Assembly: GCA_048938855.1 (NCBI GenBank) | Contig: JBHLLT010000004.1 | Span: 1 to 64,000 of the forward strand | Direction of reading: 5' to 3' | DNA from: Promethearchaeota archaeon | Lineage (GTDB): Archaea; Asgardarchaeota; Lokiarchaeia; Sigyniarchaeales; SOKP01 | DNA: 64,000 bases | In this document: piece after piece, positions 36,396 to 46,300 of the stretch | Layout of the letters: each line of letters begins with the position of its first letter | Position numbering within the stretch: position 1 is the first letter of the stretch | The notes under the pieces: model-generated | Database searches by the model: none | Told to the model about the DNA's origin: nothing | The model's input: only the letters and a program-made list of their open reading frames with translations | Made by a program: the position numbers and the translations under genes

Positions 36396-39347
36396 ATGAC
36401 ACACATTAAGCTAGTTTTCAAATATGCGTTCCAAGATCTAAAAAAACAAAAGATTAGAACGTTATTAGCTATTATAGGAATGCTTATATCCATAGGATTA
36501 CTTACAGTAGTCTTATTTTTATCAGATTCTATTGCAGTAGGTTACGTTGATTACTTATCTATAGATTCTGGAAATCAGGATGCTGTTATCTCCGTAAGAC
36601 ATTATAATGGGGAACCTAGTAATAGATCTTCTTATTTCGATTTCAATCCTATAATTAATACTATTCAAAATACATCCAATATTGTGGAGAATTTTATACC
36701 AAGAATGGAGATAAGAGGTTATGTTAAAAACCTTGTAACAGAAGAACTAGAATGGGCATCAATTTCTGGAATTAATTTTTCTTTAGAAAACAGAATTAAC
36801 TTTGGATCATTTCTAAATCCAAATAATGGGGAGTTATTAGATCTAGAGGAATTACCATTAGATCATTGTGCTATATATTATGGATTTAATGATCTTATTA
36901 AATATTCTGAAAATGATACTATTGAAATTAGTATGAGATTAACTCATGGAAATATTACTTTATATCAAACAAGAAATCTTACAATATCTAAAATTTTTGA
37001 TTATAACTTAAAATGGCCTGACAGCTATCGTAGTAGAAACCTGATTGTAGTTGATATCGATACATTGTATCAATATTTTGGATTAGCAGAATTTCATGGA
37101 AAATGTGATGATTTGATCTTGACTTTTAAGGCTAGTAGTGAACTTTATGACATTAGAAATTTTGAAAGTTCGAAGATTCTAGTTAAGAATATCGTGACAG
37201 ATATACAAATAGCAATAGGGATAAATCAGTACAATATTGATTTACCAAAATTACGTATTTTGGGTTATGCTGAATTACTAAGTGTTTTTATTGTAATAGT
37301 CTTTGTTTTCGTATCAATTGTAGCAATGATGATTTCTGGTGTGTTGATAAATGGAATATTGAAGACTTCTGTAGAAGAACGAATAAGAGAGTTCGGAATA
37401 TTTCGCACTTTGGGTGCGAATAAAAGGTATAATCTTGCTATTGTATTAATGCAAGGGTTTTTATTATGTAATTTTGGGGCTATTTCCGGTATTTTATCAG
37501 CATTTCTACTTTCCTATTATGCAATAATTCCATTTGCAAACATTGTTGTCGCAAGAAGCATGCTCGGTTTTGGTACAATACCTTTTTCTTTTTCATGGAC
37601 CTCTGTAATTATATCATATATAATGGGTATTGGTGTTGGGATGATTGTAAGCATTGCTCCGGCTTATAAAGTGATGCGTCTTCAATTAATTGAGTCCATT
37701 CACCCTTATCGCCATGAAGATACCCTATATCACCTTCAGAAAAAAGCATCAATTAATTATAAAATAATACTTATTGGATTAATTTTAGCTTTTAATGGTG
37801 GTTTTGTTTTTATAGTGATTCCCCAAATTATGGTTGCAAGTGATATGACTCTATTTGCCGGCACCTTAATAACAATTTTACTAATTTTCAATATAGGCTT
37901 AACATTAGCAGGATTGGGATTAATACCAATTATCATCAGACTTGTAATAGAACTATTTAGACCAATAGCAAGAAAGATTCACAATGTGATTAAAATTTTT
38001 GTTTTTCGATACCAGCGTAGAAATTCAAGCACTATCATCATTTTTGCTCTATCTTTTTCCTTTGTAATTTTCACTTCTTCTTTAATTAATACATTATCCG
38101 CGCAATCTACTGCTATGACAAAATTATCATATGGATCAGACCTCCTTATTGAAACCACCGGATGGGAAGAACCTGAAGATTCAGGAGGTGGTGGATTTTT
38201 TGGTTCTACTGTTTCTAATGATAATCTAAGAACAGCAGATTCTTCTATAAACCCTAATAGAATACTTACAGTCGATTTTGAAGAAGAATTAATGGCTATT
38301 GATGGTATTGAGAAAGTTAGCTCAGTCTTAGCAAAACCTTATCAACTAACTCAAATTTACGCAGAAGAAAATAAAGAGTTTAATGCTCAAATTGGTGATT
38401 ATGCTGGTTTATCAACCCAAGATATTACATTAATAGGTATTGATGAGGAATATCCTTTTACTGTGAGAAGTGAATTTATCGAGATGGCTTCAGGGAGTAT
38501 AGAAAATTCATTTAATGAACTTTTTAATGATAATGTAACCTACACTTGTATTATCTCTGAATCAATTGCATTGGACATGAATTTACGAAATGGAGATAAA
38601 GTTCGAATTGTTATTCAGCGAGGAGATGAAAGAGAAGTCTATCCTTTTCTAATTGTGGGTACTGCTAAAAGCATGTCAGGATTTTCTCAAGAATTTTCTG
38701 CTTCACTTATAATGGGTGGAAGAGGGGGTGTCTTAATCTCTCAACAAACATATATTGAAATTTTAGATATTCCTCCTATTCCTTATCTTGACAGAATTTT
38801 TGTAAAACTACGAGAGGATAAATTATCAGTATCTCATGAAATTGAGGATATGATTGACGAAAATTATCAAACTCAATATAATTATGATATAACTGATCTT
38901 GCTAGAAGCGTAGCACAGCAAGAATCGGCTTTTTTTGTATTAGATATACTGTTTACTTTAATAGCTTTAACTACTGTATTTATTTGTATTTTTGGATTAT
39001 TATCTTCATCTTATTCAACTATTATTGAGAGAAAAAAAGAAATTGGCATTGTTAGGACATTAGGTCTAAAGGGAAGAGAAATAAATAGACTGTTTATACT
39101 GGAATCCTTAATTATTATGATTAGTAGTGGAACCATTGGCATCGTTGTAGGGTGGCTTACGAGTTGGTTGGTCACAAGTCAATTAATGGGTACACTCATG
39201 GGGATGCCAAATGTGCTTTATGTACCATGGACTAACATAACTTTGATATATAGCTTATCAATCATTATGATATTTTTTGGAATGAAAGTATTGTTAAGAA
39301 AAGCAAGAAAGCAGAAAATAGTTGAGATTTATAGAGAGACGGTTTAA
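36396..39347 (+). CDS. FtsX/MacB-like (type VII ABC) permease, internally duplicated
   Basis: RTLLAIIG TM1, large extracellular domain, SVEERIREFGIFRTLG, second half RYQRRN...YGSDL, IERKKEIGIVRTLG. Confidence 0.9.
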   Translation: MTHIKLVFKYAFQDLKKQKIRTLLAIIGMLISIGLLTVVLFLSDSIAVGYVDYLSIDSGNQDAVISVRHYNGEPSNRSSYFDFNPIINTIQNTSNIVENFIPRMEIRGYVKNLVTEELEWASISGINFSLENRINFGSFLNPNNGELLDLEELPLDHCAIYYGFNDLIKYSENDTIEISMRLTHGNITLYQTRNLTISKIFDYNLKWPDSYRSRNLIVVDIDTLYQYFGLAEFHGKCDDLILTFKASSELYDIRNFESSKILVKNIVTDIQIAIGINQYNIDLPKLRILGYAELLSVFIVIVFVFVSIVAMMISGVLINGILKTSVEERIREFGIFRTLGANKRYNLAIVLMQGFLLCNFGAISGILSAFLLSYYAIIPFANIVVARSMLGFGTIPFSFSWTSVIISYIMGIGVGMIVSIAPAYKVMRLQLIESIHPYRHEDTLYHLQKKASINYKIILIGLILAFNGGFVFIVIPQIMVASDMTLFAGTLITILLIFNIGLTLAGLGLIPIIIRLVIELFRPIARKIHNVIKIFVFRYQRRNSSTIIIFALSFSFVIFTSSLINTLSAQSTAMTKLSYGSDLLIETTGWEEPEDSGGGGFFGSTVSNDNLRTADSSINPNRILTVDFEEELMAIDGIEKVSSVLAKPYQLTQIYAEENKEFNAQIGDYAGLSTQDITLIGIDEEYPFTVRSEFIEMASGSIENSFNELFNDNVTYTCIISESIALDMNLRNGDKVRIVIQRGDEREVYPFLIVGTAKSMSGFSQEFSASLIMGGRGGVLISQQTYIEILDIPPIPYLDRIFVKLREDKLSVSHEIEDMIDENYQTQYNYDITDLARSVAQQESAFFVLDILFTLIALTTVFICIFGLLSSSYSTIIERKKEIGIVRTLGLKGREINRLFILESLIIMISSGTIGIVVGWLTSWLVTSQLMGTLMGMPNVLYVPWTNITLIYSLSIIMIFFGMKVLLRKARKQKIVEIYRETV

Positions 39348-39354
39348 AGGAGGT
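39348..39354 (+). promoter_or_regulatory. Shine-Dalgarno of surface-protein gene
   Basis: AGGAGGT immediately after the permease stop, 8 nt before TTG 39363. Confidence 0.75.
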
Positions 39355-39362
39355 AAATAAAT

Positions 39363-42300
39363 TTGAGAAAAAATAAGTTGATAATACTATCCATTATGCT
39401 TTCATTGATTTTTCTTACACCCATAAATTTTAGTTTAGAAAATAATATTATAAAGCTAAATAATGAAGAAGTAAATGCATTAGACCTAGAAGATGATAAT
39501 TTGAACCAATCTGATGTTGCTGGTTCAGATCTATATGCTGAGAAGATTAATGCTTTTATTGCTGGTAATAAATCCATAATAAAACAATCTCTCTTTACAA
39601 ATGACACAAATATTCTTTCCCAATTTGATTCACGTGATCCAGCTTTTTATAAATGTAACGTAATAATAAGTGTTTCGAATGGAATCAATCCCGAGATATT
39701 TCCAAATATATTAACCGAGAGCAATATTCCTTCTCAGTACCATGTGGGATTTAATGATTTTGTTGGATTTCTTTTTTATAATAAAGATTTGAATGTTCAA
39801 GATGCTGAAATGAGAGCAGAGAGAGCATTAGAAATAATTAAACAGAAATTCCAAATTGACCTAATAATGGTTAACGCATCAGAACCTAACTTCTTTCCTT
39901 TTGTTGGCTCTTGTCCAAATTGGGATTGTTTTTTTGAGGAACTTATACATAATTTTCCCATGGACGGGTATTGGAGCGCTTTAGATATAAACCGCTTGAC
40001 CAGCCAAAGTTACACACAAAATCACCATCTTTCTTCAACTTTTATGTTGCTTAATTCGTTAAACTTCTTTGAAGGGGATTTTGATATATCAACAGATCAG
40101 ATAAACTTCAATATAGAATCACTGGATTTATCTTTCTTAGAGAATTTAGAATTGCAGAACCTTGTTGACCAATTAGATACTGTATTAAAGAATTATGGAG
40201 ATATATTTAATGCTACAATTTCGGAAGAAGAATTAGAACAATTTATTGAAATTTTTAGTACATTTACTCTTTCAAACAATTCACATTATACTAGTATTTC
40301 AATTCAGTATGAAGGATTGGAGGAGGGAATACAAAAAGTTGGGAAAAATCAATTTAAATTCAATTTATGGGATGCATTAGGGTATAAAGGGGATCCATTA
40401 TCTCCAAGTGAAAAAATCTACATTGCATTGATAGGTGCTTTCATGAGTGGAATCGAAATTAATATATTAGGAACAGAAATCGTTGATATGACTCCAAATA
40501 ATTTTAAGTTTAGTGATTACCTTTTAGAACAAATAGGTTTACTTTTTCATCTTGCTGGAATTGATTTTAATACTCAAGATCTTAAAGATTATTCATTTGA
40601 TTTATTTTGGGTTGATATAGAGGGTATTAAGCGTTCGTATGTTATTCCAGTTAATCTTCAAAATCCTACGGATATAATTAATTTTTTGCAGCAAGTTGGA
40701 TTTCAAGGATTTTCTTCAATTCCAACGGGAATTCTTAATCCAATTAATGATTTATCAATAACATATAAGATTTCGAATTCTGAACCAAATATTTTGCTTA
40801 AAAAGGAATTAATTGGAGGAAATGCATCTTTTGGAGCATTTCAAAACTTTTCATATTACATTTCAGCAGAAAATGTTGGAAATGTAACTGCATGGGGTGT
40901 ACCTACTCAAATTCCATTTGAACTTAATGACTTTTTCCTTCTTATTACATTAGGAAATCAACCACTTGCAGATGAATTTCAAGATGCTATATGGGAAGTA
41001 GTCCGTATTGAATACCCTAATCAATATGATTCTTTAGAAGATTTTTTTAACTTTGATGAAGATCCAAGAATTTTTTACTTTGATTCATTTGGAACTGGAA
41101 CTTTTGATACTTTTTATCCAGATCTACTTAATTTTACTAATTTATCACCTTATAACAGAGATATGGATCATGTAATAGATATTATTATTACAGGATATCC
41201 TCAGTTGATTACAGCTTTAACAGTTTTAGGGATGACCCCCAGTGATCTTAAAGATTATTTTACCAATAGTTATAGTGTATGGAATGAGGAGAATTGGGAG
41301 CTTGCTCCAGGAGAGATTTTATCATATAAAATTAATAATTTTTCAATTTCAAATCTGGATACGTTTACTCCCTTTTATCTTAATAACTTTACAATTCATA
41401 CAACACCAACAACTCCTGAAATTATTTCAGGTATACCTCTTGAGGGAACTTCTCCAGAAGCAGCTTTATCAAAAGACGAGGAGAGTTGGATACTTGGCTC
41501 TGTAGAAAGTTTCTCGGAAGAAAAGGTTGAGATTAATTTTATTTTTAAAAATGACACGAATATTGATTTTACTAATAATAAACTGGAACGAGTGTCTTTC
41601 AAAGTAGATATCAATAGTTCCATAAACCTAGACGCTTCTAATTTTGAAGTTTTTGATTTTAATGTCGAAGAATTCAAAGATATGACTCCTTATTTAGATA
41701 ACAATATAAATAATAGTTGGACATTCTCAATAATTAATCAAAATAAGAATCTAGATTGGCTATTTTATCCATTAGATCAACAAAACTATACCGTACTTTT
41801 TAAAATAATATGTTCCAATTCTGGAGTTTTTAATATTTCAATCAATGATTTAGATATTGAATTTTCTGTAAGGGATATTAATTTTAATAATGATCCGGGA
41901 TCTAGAGTTATATATAGCTCTTCATTAGGTTATATCCAATTTGAAAGAACCTCGAATTCAGTACCTTTATGTACTTATGATGGAACATCAATCGTTGTAG
42001 ATGCTTATCTAAGTAATTATAGTTCCACTCCTGGTGAACTAAATACATACTTCATAAATTTCAAGAATATCGGCTCGCAATCGGCTAAAAATATAACTAT
42101 TTCTATGTTGATTCCTGGAATTATTAATTCTATCAATAATTTCACTCTCATAAATAATAATTTATCATATCATTTGGCAGAACTCGCTCCTTCTGAAGAA
42201 AGGACTATTAACTATTCCTTTTTTGTTCCTAATTCAATATCTTTTAGTAAAATTTCTATCATTTATCATAATCCAAAAAATATCGAAGGGAGTAATACAT

Positions 42301-43337
42301 CTAAAATTGTTAGTTTTGTTAACCAAGTCTTTATCTCAGCGCCAATAAATTATAAAGATAGTGTTCCGTTTGTTAGAACTATTGAAATTGACTATAATAA
42401 TTTCAATACCAATCCTCCTTCTATAGGAGAAATTTTCAATTTTACTATTTATATTAAAAATCTTGGTCCTAATAATTTAAAAATACCAGATCTTAACATT
42501 TCATTAAATGATCAATTTGGAGATTTAAAGAGGGTAGATCAATTTATACCTCATTTTGAAGATATCTCAGTTAATGAATCAATTTCCTTTAATATTACTT
42601 TAAAAAAGATTGGTTGGAAAGGTTATTTCTATCCTCCAATTAATTTTATTGAGAGTTCAGAAAGTAGAACTATACAGATATCAACATCCTCATTTACAGT
42701 GTTAGGAGAAATAAATTTTACAATCATTAAATCTGTAAATAAAGACCAAATTGAAATAGGAGATCGCATTATAGTAAGTATAGAAATAGAAAATACAGGG
42801 TCAATTTGTATTGAAGATATAAAAATCAATGATAGGATTAGCTACTCGCAAGTAGATTTCTCGCTAATAGAAGGAAATTTACTTAATGTGATAAATTCTT
42901 TGGATCCAGGTGAAAAAATAACTGTTAATTATACCATTAAAGGCAAAAGACAAAATGTTGTAAGTTTAAATCCAGCAAGTATTGAGTTTTACTACTTGCA
43001 TAAAAAGACTGTGTTTTCAAATATAGTTATAATAAAAATTATAACTCCAAAATCAAGACAGTTTCTTTATATTTCTTTGCCAATTTTAATTGGTCTTGCA
43101 TCCTTGAGTATTTACTTCTGGCAAATTAAAAAATATAAGAAAAAGAAAATCGCTTATGAGAGATCTGAGAAAAGTATTTTTGAACTCAGCTCAAGAGAAT
43201 CGATTCTCAAGATAAATCAGACTTTAAGAGAAAGATTAAACATTATATTAAAAGCATCTAGAGAACAATCTCCTGATGTGGAGAAGAATGAAGAGCTTAA
43301 GAGATTGACAAATGATAATAAAAAGAGGGAGATATAA
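39363..43337 (+). CDS. Large secreted, C-terminally anchored surface glycoprotein with DUF11/CARDB-like Ig repeats
   Basis: Signal peptide; repeats YISAENVGNVTA, INFKNIGSQSAKNI, IYIKNLG, IEIENTG...LDPGEKITVNY; many N-x-S/T sequons; TM (LYISLPILIGLASLSIYFW) and basic cytoplasmic tail. Confidence 0.8.
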   Translation: MRKNKLIILSIMLSLIFLTPINFSLENNIIKLNNEEVNALDLEDDNLNQSDVAGSDLYAEKINAFIAGNKSIIKQSLFTNDTNILSQFDSRDPAFYKCNVIISVSNGINPEIFPNILTESNIPSQYHVGFNDFVGFLFYNKDLNVQDAEMRAERALEIIKQKFQIDLIMVNASEPNFFPFVGSCPNWDCFFEELIHNFPMDGYWSALDINRLTSQSYTQNHHLSSTFMLLNSLNFFEGDFDISTDQINFNIESLDLSFLENLELQNLVDQLDTVLKNYGDIFNATISEEELEQFIEIFSTFTLSNNSHYTSISIQYEGLEEGIQKVGKNQFKFNLWDALGYKGDPLSPSEKIYIALIGAFMSGIEINILGTEIVDMTPNNFKFSDYLLEQIGLLFHLAGIDFNTQDLKDYSFDLFWVDIEGIKRSYVIPVNLQNPTDIINFLQQVGFQGFSSIPTGILNPINDLSITYKISNSEPNILLKKELIGGNASFGAFQNFSYYISAENVGNVTAWGVPTQIPFELNDFFLLITLGNQPLADEFQDAIWEVVRIEYPNQYDSLEDFFNFDEDPRIFYFDSFGTGTFDTFYPDLLNFTNLSPYNRDMDHVIDIIITGYPQLITALTVLGMTPSDLKDYFTNSYSVWNEENWELAPGEILSYKINNFSISNLDTFTPFYLNNFTIHTTPTTPEIISGIPLEGTSPEAALSKDEESWILGSVESFSEEKVEINFIFKNDTNIDFTNNKLERVSFKVDINSSINLDASNFEVFDFNVEEFKDMTPYLDNNINNSWTFSIINQNKNLDWLFYPLDQQNYTVLFKIICSNSGVFNISINDLDIEFSVRDINFNNDPGSRVIYSSSLGYIQFERTSNSVPLCTYDGTSIVVDAYLSNYSSTPGELNTYFINFKNIGSQSAKNITISMLIPGIINSINNFTLINNNLSYHLAELAPSEERTINYSFFVPNSISFSKISIIYHNPKNIEGSNTSKIVSFVNQVFISAPINYKDSVPFVRTIEIDYNNFNTNPPSIGEIFNFTIYIKNLGPNNLKIPDLNISLNDQFGDLKRVDQFIPHFEDISVNESISFNITLKKIGWKGYFYPPINFIESSESRTIQISTSSFTVLGEINFTIIKSVNKDQIEIGDRIIVSIEIENTGSICIEDIKINDRISYSQVDFSLIEGNLLNVINSLDPGEKITVNYTIKGKRQNVVSLNPASIEFYYLHKKTVFSNIVIIKIITPKSRQFLYISLPILIGLASLSIYFWQIKKYKKKKIAYERSEKSIFELSSRESILKINQTLRERLNIILKASREQSPDVEKNEELKRLTNDNKKREI

Positions 43338-46300
43338 ATGAATAAGAAACAAAGACAATCTATTATTTTATTAATTGTTTTAATAATTTCCTATACTAGC
43401 GTTCTTCATAAATTTTCAAATTCAGATAAAATAGTTAATGAAGGATCACAATCTCCTCAGAAGGAACCTACTCCTTTAAGATCTGGTATTTATAATAAAA
43501 ATGTTATAGTTTCTTTTAAGAAACAATCATACAATAGTTCAGTTACATCTCGTTTTGAATATTATGGAGGAATTATTAAAGAAGAATGGAATAACAAATT
43601 TTCTACGATTTCAGGTTTTGCAGGAATTATGCCCTTGGAAGCAAACAAAACATCTTTTCAAAATAAGTTTCCAGATGCTACTGTCGAAAATGATGAAATT
43701 TTAGAAGCTCAAATGAATTATGCTTCAATTCAGTCTGAAGCAGTTAATTCAACTTGGTATTTAAATGGATTTAAAGGTAATACCAATTCTTCTGTAGCAG
43801 TATTAGATACAGGAATCAATCCTAATCATAATTTCTTTCCAAATGGCTACAGTTCATCAGATCTTAGTGGAAATATTGTAGGATGGCAAAATTTTGTAGA
43901 TTCACAACCTATTTCAGATGATAATGGTCATGGCACTTTAATATCTTCAATTATCTCTGGAACTGGTACAGATTCATATAATTCGATAAATCCTTCAATA
44001 ATCAAAATTAAAGGGAATTATTCTCACACTGAATTATTTGATGAATATTCAGCTCCAAGAAATTATACTTTAAAATTATTCACTTTTAATGCTTCAAAAG
44101 TAGGTTCAAATATTTTAATAAATTCATCATGGAAACTGGAAGAACAAGGAATAGATAAGTTTTGGTTTGAATTATATTATAATAATTCATTAGTACAATA
44201 CTCGTATAATGAAATACAAGATATTTATTACATAATTAACCATGCACTCAATCTAGATAATTTAGGTATTTATGATTTATATTTAAAATATCACAAACTA
44301 TTACAAGCCAAACCTGTCTTTTCTTTTAACATAGAAGTATCTATTTTCCCAGAATTTCCTATTATAAATAGAAACCATTTCACAGGTTTGGCAAATGGGA
44401 CAAAAATAGTAGCATATAAAATTTTAAACCAGTCTGGTAAGGGTTATACCTCAGATTTAATAACAGCACTAGCTAGTGTAATAGAAAATCGAGAAATTGA
44501 TCATATAATAAGTGTATGCCTTAGTATAGGAACATTAGGAATAGACATTAAAACAATAAATACTGTGATAGATGATGTGGTGGATAGTGGAATACTTGTT
44601 GTAATTGCTGCTGGAAATTATGGTGTTAAAACCTCAGAATCTTTGAATAAATTAGGACAAAATAAAAAAGCTATAGTAGTCGGGGCCATTAATGATAAGG
44701 ATCAAGTTACATCTTATAGCAGTATGGGAAAAGATATTGAAAACATTATTAAGCCGGATATTGTTGCTCCTGGGGGTAGCAAAATATCAGGTCATCGTTC
44801 AATTATTGGTGCTAGTGATGAGATTGATAAAGCTACTCCTTCTTATGGAACTTCAATTGCTTCAGCGATAATTTCCGCAGCAGTGAATATCTTAATTGAA
44901 GCAAGATGGACAGATTGGAATCAATGGAATAATCTTGATTTAACAACATGGGTGAAATACATTAAGGCGATTTTATTAATGACAGCTTCAGAAACAAATC
45001 TTGATAGAGAAAATGACCCTTTTACATCCGCTAATGAAAGTGATTATTCTCCATCAATATCTACAGCTCCAATGACAGGTGGTTTAAAAGACATACATGA
45101 AGGTTATGGAAGATTGAATATTCAGGCTGCTATCGATGCGTTAGTTAAAACTATTGAAGTAAATAGTATAACTAGCGGCCATTTGATAAGTTCACAAGAT
45201 AATCCACTTGGTACACATGTTTTTGCACGTCAAATTGATTTAAATGAAGATACTCAATATTCATTTACATTATCAACAGATAGTTCTGATGCTGATTTTG
45301 ACCTGTTTTTATTTTCAAATGAATCTAATCAATATGGTGAACCAATTCTTCTCCAATCATCTAAAAAATGGTATGGTGATTTTGATAATTTCTATTTTAC
45401 TCCTAAAAATAACCAGACTACCTGTATTGTAATTGTAAAAGCAATTGACGGAAGTAGCGATTTTAATTTAAACATATCAACTGTTAAAAACGTTTTTAAA
45501 CCAGAATTAAAAATTGCAGAAATAAATTATAATGGAGGTTCTAAAAACACAACTGTGATGAGTCTTCAGGAATTTATTGGAGGTGACCCAAAGAAGAACT
45601 ATACTATTGACAGTTATAGGTTCTATATTGAATACTTCGATAATGATACATCGAATGTTCCGCCTCAAGAGATATATGTTTCAATTGTAGAATTATCCAA
45701 AAATTATACTTTAACCCAACTTTATCCGCCAGATAATATATACACCGATGGAGCGATATTTGTTAGCAACTATATTCAATTTCCGAGATCTGGAATATTT
45801 AACTACTTGTTTTTTGCTAGTGACGGAAATTTTAAAATAAGATATCCAGAGTCAAAATTACTTAATATTACAATTGAATTTCCAACAGATAGTATTCAGT
45901 TTCCAAATTTTCATAGTTTCAATGATGGAATGGGTAACTGGACTCATACCGGTACTGGTTGGGAGATTATGTCACAGAGCAATGTAAAAGATAATAGATC
46001 ACGATTATATCAAGACACTTGGGATTCTATGTATTTCGGAACTTATCATAATAGCCCAAATAATTATACATACCAACCTATTAGATTAACTGAAGATCCT
46101 TATCCAAATGGCACATTATATAGCCCATTATATAACTTAACAGTTATTGATCAAAATTTTAGTCAACCTTTTGTTAAATTTGGATTTAGAGCAAGTATCA
46201 ATTCAGGCGATTATGTTTATTTACAAATTAATCTAAATTGGACAGGTTGGATAACTCTTAGAACATATACAAATATAGAACAGGAATGGTTTATGGAAAG

